Below, piece by piece: positions 49,855 through 64,000 of a stretch of DNA of 64,000 nt (the stretch's first letter is position 1; each line of letters opens with the position of its first letter). The position numbers and the translations under genes were made by a program. The DNA is from the human T2T-CHM13v2.0 reference genome, Homo sapiens, in the NCBI RefSeq assembly GCF_009914755.1, contig NC_060947.1, one strand, 5' to 3'. Below the pieces are notes generated by a model, which saw only the letters and a program-made list of their open reading frames with translations, had not been told where the DNA came from and ran no database searches.

Positions 49855-50841
49855 TGTAACCACCCAACGGGTTCACCTGGCCCGCTGCCTAGACAGAGCC
49901 GATTTATCAAGACAGGGGAATTGCAATAGAGGAATTCACTCAGAGCCTGCTGCATGGGAAACCAGAGTTTTATTATTACCCAAATCAGTCTCCCCAAGCA
50001 TTCAGGGATCAGAGTTATTATGGAGGACTTGGTGGGTGGGGTGCCAGTGAGTCAAAAGTGCTGATTGGTTGGGTTAGAGATGAAATCAAAGGGAGTCGAA
50101 GCTGTCCTCTGGTGCTGAGTCAGTTTCTGGGTAGGGGCCACAAGATCAGATAATCCAGTTTATCAATCTGGGTGGTGCCAGGTGCAGGATCTGAAAAATA
50201 TGTCAAGCGCTGATCTTAGGAGCAGTTTGGGGAGGGTCAGAATCTTGTAGCCTCCAGCTGCATGACTCCTAAACCATAATTTCTTTTCTTTTTCTTTTTA
50301 TTTTTTTTTGAGACAGTGTCTCACTCTGTCACCCAGGCTGGAGTGCAGTGGCAAAATCTCGGCTCACTGCAGCCTCGACCTCTTGGGACTCAAGCCATCT
50401 TCCCACCTCAGCCTCCTGAGTAGCTAGGACCACAGGCGTGCACCACCACACCAGACTAATTTTTTTATTTTTTGTAGAGATGGGGTTTTGCCATGTTGCC
50501 CAGGGTGATCTCGAGCTCCTGAGATGAAATAATCTGCCCGCCTTGGCCTCCCAAAGTGCTGGGATTACAGGCGTGATCCACCCCACCCAGCCTAAATCAT
50601 AATTTATCATCTTTTGGCTAATTTATTAGTCCTACAAAGACAGTCTAGTCCACAGGCAAAAAGGGAAAGAGCTATTATAATCTTTGTTCCAAAGTTAAAT
50701 TATAAACTAGGTTCCCCCCAAAATTACTTCAGCCTACAGCCAGGAATGAACAAGGACAACTTGGAGGTTAGAAGCAAGATGGGGTTGGTTAGGTTAGATC
50801 ACTTTCACTGTCTCAGTTATCATTTTGCAATGGCAGTTTCA
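49855..50841 (-). mobile_element. Solo LTR8 (ERV1) with an internal AluJ-type insertion (50283-50592)
   Basis: Minus strand begins TGAAACTGCCATTGCAAAATGATAACTGAGACAGTG and ends ...GGTGAACCCGTTGGGTGGTTACA; 4-bp TSD GAAC (49851-49854 / 50842-50845). Confidence 0.85.
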
Positions 50842-51427
50842 GAACCAGCATCACATTCTGATCTGCTGATCAAGTGGTCACATGGGGTATGTCTAGGAGC
50901 TGTGTCATAGTTTGCTGAACACTGGGCAATGATCTGTCTACAGGGAGGCCCTTCTCATAGTGTCCTGAGCAATGGCTCAGGTATGATTCATGTCCTGATA
51001 GGTCCTGGCATGCCACTGAGAGTGTGTGGACTTAGCCTGTGGAGGCTAAAGCAACTCTATCTTGGAAGCTATTTCACCATGTTGGCTTCCCATCAACCCC
51101 TATTCGAGGAAGGCCTCTAAGATTTCCAGTTTATGTATTGATCCTAGTGTAAGAACATGTATTAATATTTACCGTAAATCCCACCCTTAGGTCAAACAAC
51201 CTTGATGTTATCATACTTCAGTTTTCCTATATATCCCTTCTGAACCACCCCCCTCCCCTATGGTGTATAAACCCTAGGTCTGGGGGAAAATGCTGCAGGG
51301 ATCCACCATTTTGTCTTGCTGTCACCCAAGACACACAGACCTGGCTTTTGTTCATAAGTCCCCCTTTTTTTTTTTTTTTGACCGAGTCTCACTCGGTCGC
51401 CCAGGCTGGAGTGCCGTGGCGCCATCT

Positions 51428-52912
<1,485 letters not shown>

Positions 52913-53057
52913 TGAGCCACCTCACCCCGCCGACAAATCCACTTTCTTAGAAAGAAACTTTTAATAGGAACTTATGGGCCGGGTGCACTGGCTCATGCCT
53001 GTAATCCCAGCACTTTGGGAGGCCGAGGCAGGCGGATCACCTGAGGTCAGGAGTTCA

Positions 53058-53282
<225 letters not shown>

Positions 53283-53628
53283 TCAGCCTCTTTCTTCAGC
53301 CTCTTAGCTTCCTCAAACTTTGGGGCAGGTTGCATAGACCTACCCACCATGAGACATAAGCCTATACCATCTGAGATTACACTGTCTGTACCAAGTGTTC
53401 ACTTGTCTGGGTCATCTTTTAGGCAGGAAACTGTTCTCAGTGTGAGGATCAGTGATCTGATCACCCCAACTATCCAGTAACTCACTGAGCAGAGATGTGT
53501 TCCTGGGCTCTGCTTTTGCCCAGAGCTGTCTCTTGGTTCATAAAATGGTGGTGTAGACCCTGGTTTGGTCTGGGCTATTTCCTTATGTGTGAAGCATTTT
53601 TGTGGGAAGGAAAGAATGGTCTTTCTGA

Positions 53629-53886
<258 letters not shown>

Positions 53887-54281
53887 TGATCCGCCCGCCT
53901 CAGCCTCCCAAAGTGCTGGGATTACAGGCGTGAGCCACCGTGCCCGGCCTGATGCTGCTTTTTCAAGTGCACAGTGATGGCGTGGATGTTGACCTTTGTC
54001 TGAGAAGGGGTAGGCACCAGTGGTGCTGAGAGAAAATGAGGATATGTCCTCTAGACCCTGTGGTAGCTGAGAAGTGGGGATCACCATATGGGCTGAGCAA
54101 TGGTGTAAGTTTTTCTCTGTGAGTGCTTTGTCCTGGTATGTCCCAGTCTTGATGTTACCACAAAGTGTGGTCTGGGCAGGGACTGACTTCTGGTTTTCTG
54201 GTGTGCCAGATGCGTGGCATGGTGTAGTCTCTGTTTCTAGGTTGGTGCTGTCTTATAGTGGCCCACGTAGTGGTGTGGCAA

Positions 54282-54975
<694 letters not shown>

Positions 54976-55870
54976 TAGTAGAGACGGGGTTTCACCATGT
55001 TGGTCAGGCTGGTCTCGAACTCCTGACCTCAGGTGATCGACCCGCCTTGGCCTCCCAAAGTGCTGGGATTATAGGCGTGAGCCACCGCACCCAGCCAGGG
55101 CTCATTCTTTCTTTTGTGAATAGGCATCTAGGCCCCATGATGGCTCATGAATCTCTCCTAGTATGGCAGGTGGGGAGTTTCATGGCCTAGTTCAGATTTC
55201 AGTTTTGATATATCTAATGGTATAGGTGTAGGCCTTTATCCAAGTGAGAGCTGTTTCCTGATGGGCTAAGTGTGAGTATAGTTATCAGTCTTGGTCAACA
55301 AGGACTTCGTGTTATGGTGTTCAGTGGCAGTATATATAGTATTATCTCTTTTCCATATAAGATTTTTTTGTCTTGGTTTGCTAACAAATGATCTGCAATA
55401 TAGTGTTGTTATGGTAGGCCTTCTAGTGTAATGAGTGAAGGAATGATTCCTGATGATTGCTCTGGATGTGGGGCTCCTGCTGATTTACTGAATGCCCAGA
55501 TAAGTGTGTTTCCTGGTCTCTGCTTTGTACGTTCTGTAGAACACTGAGTTTGGGACAAAGTACAGATATGTTTTGGTCTTTGTGCTAATCCTTCCCATGA
55601 TGTGCTGAAGCAAGTCTTTGTACTAAGCTCTTGCTAAATAGTGGTATGACTAGTGTTCCTGTTTGAGTTCATCTGTTCCCTGATGTACTACACACATCTG
55701 AATATCTGAATATAGATTCCAGCCTGGCAGAAGGCTATTTCATGGAAAATTTTTAAGATGGGTGGGTAGAGACCTGATTCTAAGGTAAGAGCTGTCTCAT
55801 AATTTGCTGAGGAATGCGTGAGTATGAGCAGTGATCTGAGCAGGGCTCTATCAAGGTGAACTGCCTCGCA

Positions 55871-56006
55871 CTTTGGGGCAGGTGTGCATAAACCTACCCA
55901 CTGTGAGACATAACCCTGTACCCTCTGAGATAACATTGTCTGTACCAACTGGTCACTTGTCTGGCTCCTCTTTTAAGCAGGAGACTGTTCTCAGTGTGCA
56001 GATCAG
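55871..56006 (+). repeat. Direct duplicate of 53318-53452 (LTR47 3' end plus flanking unique DNA)
   Basis: Manual alignment gives about 17 differences in 136 bp. Confidence 0.85.
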
Positions 56007-56190
56007 ATGGTTGAAGTCGGCCAGGTGCGGTGGCTCACACCTGTAATCCCACCACTTTGGGAGGCAGAGGCAGGCGGATCACCTGAAGTCAGGAGTTCGA
56101 GACCAGCCTGGCCAACATGGTGAAACTCCGTCTCTACTAAAAATACAAAAATTAGCGAGGCATGGTGGCTCAAGCCTGTAATCCTAGCTA

Positions 56191-56298
<108 letters not shown>

Positions 56299-56774
56299 TC
56301 AAAAAAAAGAAGGCTGAAGTCAGTGTAGGTTCTCACAAGATAGGGCTGTCTCCACATGTGTTGAGAGGTGAGATGCGTACATACTGTGGTCAGTGCATGA
56401 GCACCTGACTTAGACTTGTTGAATAGTGGTAGGGATACTACATGAACTGCCATGCAGTATATTGACTAGAGGTGGGACATAGGACCAGGTTGGCCCTGAA
56501 AAGTTAAGTGATCTTTTATGCATGGGCCTGAGTCTGTGTTTGGGCAAGAGTGAGCCTCATAGTTTTTCAAGCAGTGGTATAGCTATAGGCCCACCCAGCT
56601 CTGGGAAGGGGCCATATTCTAATATGCTGAGTGGTAGCAGAATATGGGTCCCTGTCTGGGTGGGTGCTACACTTTCCATCAGAAGTACAACCAGGCCAGG
56701 CACAGTCGCTCACGCCTATAACCCCAGCACTTTGGGAGACGGAGGCGAGTGGATCACCTGGGGTCAGGAGTTCA

Positions 56775-57023
<249 letters not shown>

Positions 57024-57363
57024 TCACACTCTCAATTTCTGCTGGAACAGCATAACCCACTCCTCCACAGAGCAGACCCATCCTACAGCAATTACTGTTT
57101 CCACACGCAATACTTTACTCTGGTCATGTCTGTCACATCAATAGCTTCAACTTGCGGGCCAAGGAGTACTCCTAAACATTCATTATGCCTAGACACTAAA
57201 AAATCTGGATAGCAAACAAGTAACAAGGACGATCCCTTTCTCTGCTATCATTAACTCTTTGCCTTTCTTCTTTAGTTTCTCTACCAGTCACTGCCGTCAT
57301 TACCCATGGTAGTTTCAGAAACTCAGAGTATAAACTTACTCTCCTGGTTCCGGTGTGTACTGG

Positions 57364-58135
57364 TGTGATACTGTGAAATATATATATTTGGTCTTCCTCC
57401 CCGTTTCCTGGCATACAACTACTAAAATCCTTGGACTCTCCAAAGTTATGTGTTTTTGTATGCTAATGATTGACTGATAGCTTCAGGATATGACTCACCC
57501 AAAAGACAAAGGCCAACCTCCAGGGAGTGGAGAGTGGCTGAAGGTCAAGTTGAGCACCAGTGGCCAATGGTTTAATCAATCATGCCTATGTAATGAAAAC
57601 TCCATAAAAACCCAAGAGGACGGGATTCAGGGAGTTTCTGGATGACTGAATACATGGAAGTTCCTGGAGTGGGGTGTGCCCAAGGAGGGCACAGAAGCTC
57701 TGCACTCCTTCCCGCATACCTCGCCCTATGTATCTCATCTGCATCCTTTGTAATAAAGCAGTATGTGTAAATGTTTCTCTGAGTTCTGTGAGCCACTCCA
57801 GCAAATTAATCAAACCCAAAGAGGCAGTTGTGGGAACCCCAACTTAAAGCTGGTTAGTCAGAAGTTCTGGAAGCCTGGACTTGTGACTGGTATCTGGTGG
57901 GGAGCAGTCTTGGGGACTGAGCCCTCAACATATACAGGATCTGATGCTATCTCAGGGTAGATAAAGTTAGAATTGAATTAGAGGACACCCAGTTAGTGTC
58001 TGCTGCAGAACTGATTGCTTGTTTGTTGGTGAGGAGAAATCCCCTACATTTGGTCACAGAAGTCTTCCGCGTTGATTGTGGCTGTGTTGGTGTGAGAGCA
58101 GAAGAAAAACCTGTTTGAGAGTTTTTTCCAAAGAA
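57364..58135 (+). mobile_element. MER21-family LTR
   Basis: TGTGATACTGTGAAATATATATTTGGTCTTCCTCCCCGTTTCCTGGCATACAAC...TTTAATCAATCATGCCTATGTAATG...GAATTGAATTAGAGGACACCCAG. Confidence 0.85.
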
Positions 58136-58159
58136 TCCAAACATGGTTAGTTTTCCCTA

Positions 58160-59541
<1,382 letters not shown>

Positions 59542-60297
59542 TGATCCACCTGCCTCAGCCTCCCAAAGTGCTGGGATTACAGGCATGAGCCACCACACCC
59601 GGTTGGATTTTTTTTTTTTCACTAGTTCACTAGTGAGTTCATTCCTCTTTGAAAAAGTGAGTATAATGCCAACTGGATTTCATCAAACATCTACATCAGT
59701 GAAGCAATTAGGATGGCTGAAATAGTACCAGGGCGTGTTAGCCAAGTGGTACCAATTTAGAATACAGCTAATTTTTTTTTTTTTTTTTGAGACGGAGTCT
59801 CATTCTGTCACCCATGTTGGAGTGCAGTGGCGCAATCTCGGCTCACCGCAACCTCTGCCTCCTGGGTTCAAGCAATTCTCCTGCCTCGGCCTCTTGAGTA
59901 GCTGGGACTACAGGTGCCCGCCACCACGCCCGGCTAATTTTTATATTTTTAGTAGAGATGGGGTTTCACCATGTTGGCCAGGCTGGTCTCGAACTCCTGA
60001 CTTCAGGTGATCTGCCTGCCTCAGTCTCCCAAAGTGCTAGGATTACAGACGTGCGCCACCGCACCCAGCAGATTTTTTTTTAATAGTAAAACAAGTAAAA
60101 TTTTTAATTTACCACAGATTTAAAGCACACAAACTTGTTCTGAGAAAGAAAGACCTTTAAAAATTCCTGAGAAAGGGCCCGACGCGGTGGCTCAAGCCTG
60201 TAATCCCAGCACTTTGGGAGGCTGAGGCGGGCGGATCACTTGAGGTTCGGGAGTTCGAGAACAGCCTGACTAACATGGAGAAACCCCATCTCTACTA

Positions 60298-61070
<773 letters not shown>

Positions 61071-61506
61071 TCAAAAATAAATAAATCGGTCGGGTGCAGT
61101 GGCTCACGCCTGTAATCCCAGCACTTTGGGAGGCCGAGGTGGGAGGATCACGAGGTCAGGAGATTGAGACCATCCTGGCTAACACGGTGAAACCCTGTCT
61201 CTACTAAAAATACAAAAAAAAAATTAGCCGGGCTTGGTGGTGGGTGCCTGTAGTCCCAGCTACTCGGGTGAGGCAGGAGAATGGCGTGAACCCGAGAGGC
61301 GGAGCTTGCAGTGAGCCGAGATCACACCACTGCACTACAGCCTGGGCAACAGAGCGACACTCCGTCTCAAAAATAAATAAATAAATAAAGCCGGGCGTTG
61401 TGGCTCACCCCTGTAATCCCAGCACTTCGGGAGGCCAAGGCAGGCGGATCACCTGAGGTCAGGAGTTCGAGACCTGCGTGACCAACATGGAGAAACCCTG
61501 TCTCTA

Positions 61507-61668
<162 letters not shown>

Positions 61669-62333
61669 TCAAAAAATAATAATACTACTAATAATTAATA
61701 AATAAAGTCCTTTCTACATTTTAAAATCAGGGGAAATATTTTGCATCCATCCTGCTTGCTCTGTTTTTTTACCTTAGTAATTATGATAGTATAGTTTTAA
61801 TCCATTTTAATAGGTAAATTTACTTCATATTTTATAGATTTGTAGTGTTCTTATTTAAAATTAAATTTCCAGCAATTACATATTTGGGGTCTAGATACTA
61901 TATTTGATGGAGGAAAACCAAATATACAGCATCTTATTCCATTTCCTTCACTTCTTTTTATAAGTCATCTCTTATCCTTCAAAATGCTTTCCCTCTTTTG
62001 GCTTCATCTCATTATCAAACACTTCAACAATATGGCTTCTACTATCCTAAATTATCTCATTCACTTTCCTTTTTGACAGTCTTCCACCCCATCCCAATTT
62101 CTCTCCTCCATCTTCCTACCTACTTTTTCTTTTTTTAGGAGATTAGGTCTCCCTATGTTGCCCAGGCTGGAGGACGGTGGCCATTCACAGGTACAATCAT
62201 AGCTCACTGCAGCCTCTAACTCCTGGGCTCAAGTGATCCTTCCGCCTCAGCTTCCAGAATTGCTGGGACTACATGAGTGCACCACAGTGCCTGGCTATCT
62301 TCCTACCTACTAAGTGTTATGAAAGAAATTCTA

Positions 62334-62670
<337 letters not shown>

Positions 62671-62832
62671 TCAATGGATAACCCTTAACATCCAACTCTG
62701 GAAAGGAATAGCCTTTGGGTCTAAGGCAGCCTCCTAGCTAGCAAATGGTTTGCCAGGATAGCAAATGGTTTGCCAGGATCCATGCATCACTTAAAACCCA
62801 CAGCTTAAGGTTATATGCATGATGGAACTTGA

Positions 62833-63288
<456 letters not shown>

Positions 63289-63391
63289 TGATCCGCTCCC
63301 CTCAGCCTCCCAAAGTGCTGGGATTAGAGGCGTGAGCCACCGCACCTGGCCCCACCGGGAGCTTTTTTTTAATTTAATTTTATTTTTTTGA

Positions 63392-63550
<159 letters not shown>

Positions 63551-64000
63551 TAGTAGAGACAAGGTTTCTCCATGTTGGTCAGGCTGCTCTGGAACTCCTG
63601 ACCTCAGGTGATCCACCCGCCTCGGCCTCCCAAAGTGCTGAGATTACAGGCACGAGCCACCGCGCCTGGCCCACTGGAGCTTTTTAAAACTCCTATATAT
63701 TGAGACACACACTATACTAAATGCATCACATCCCTATCTCATTGAATGCTCACAACCTTATGAAGCATGAATTACCCCTTTGCTTTCAGCCAATGGTCAT
63801 GCCTTCCATAATGTGGGAAAGAATGAGCCCATCCAACATAAGCTTCCCTAATTCCTCTCTTATCCATCTCAACCTTTCTCTGGAAGTTTTCTGCTTCACT
63901 TCATTTTCTCCAATTGTGAAAAAATATCAACTAGACAGAGACAGAAATAAAGAGGCATCTGAGAGACAGACATAGTCAGTCCATGGTCTCAAGAAGAACA

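Noticed and set aside
62739-62778. 20-bp perfect tandem duplication TAGCAAATGGTTTGCCAGGA
   Set aside because: Real but an ordinary slippage duplication; two adjacent copies with no spacer, not a CRISPR-like array

Overview
Primate (almost certainly human) intergenic DNA dominated by transposable elements: roughly 110 Alu copies or fragments counted by eye, old L1M/L2/MIR relics and at least ten LTRs (LTR7, LTR8, LTR47, LTR9-like, MER61, MER21, MST, MLT1, LTR16/33-like, and a retrotransposed LTR12 3' end). No intact protein-coding gene is supported; nearly all listed ORFs are Alu or microsatellite translations. Three retrocopies are recognisable: a U7 snRNA pseudogene (4512-4571, -), an EIF1 3'UTR retrocopy interrupted by a solo LTR7 and an AluY (~9664-11065, +), and a CHCHD2 processed pseudogene (~17404-18539, +). 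From memory, U7 and CHCHD2 pseudogenes occur together between THOC2 and XIAP at Xq25; that placement is unverified. The most striking structure is a ~1.25 kb inverted repeat pair (30632-31882 and 47226-48479, ~15 kb apart, ~99% identical). An AluJ-type insertion in only one arm suggests the duplication is ancient, implying long-term gene conversion and possible recurrent inversion. Several smaller rearrangement scars are also visible: an Alu-Alu micro-inversion, a templated insertion with a fold-back junction, and an inverted triplication palindrome. Repeat family names come from recalled consensus sequences, not a search.
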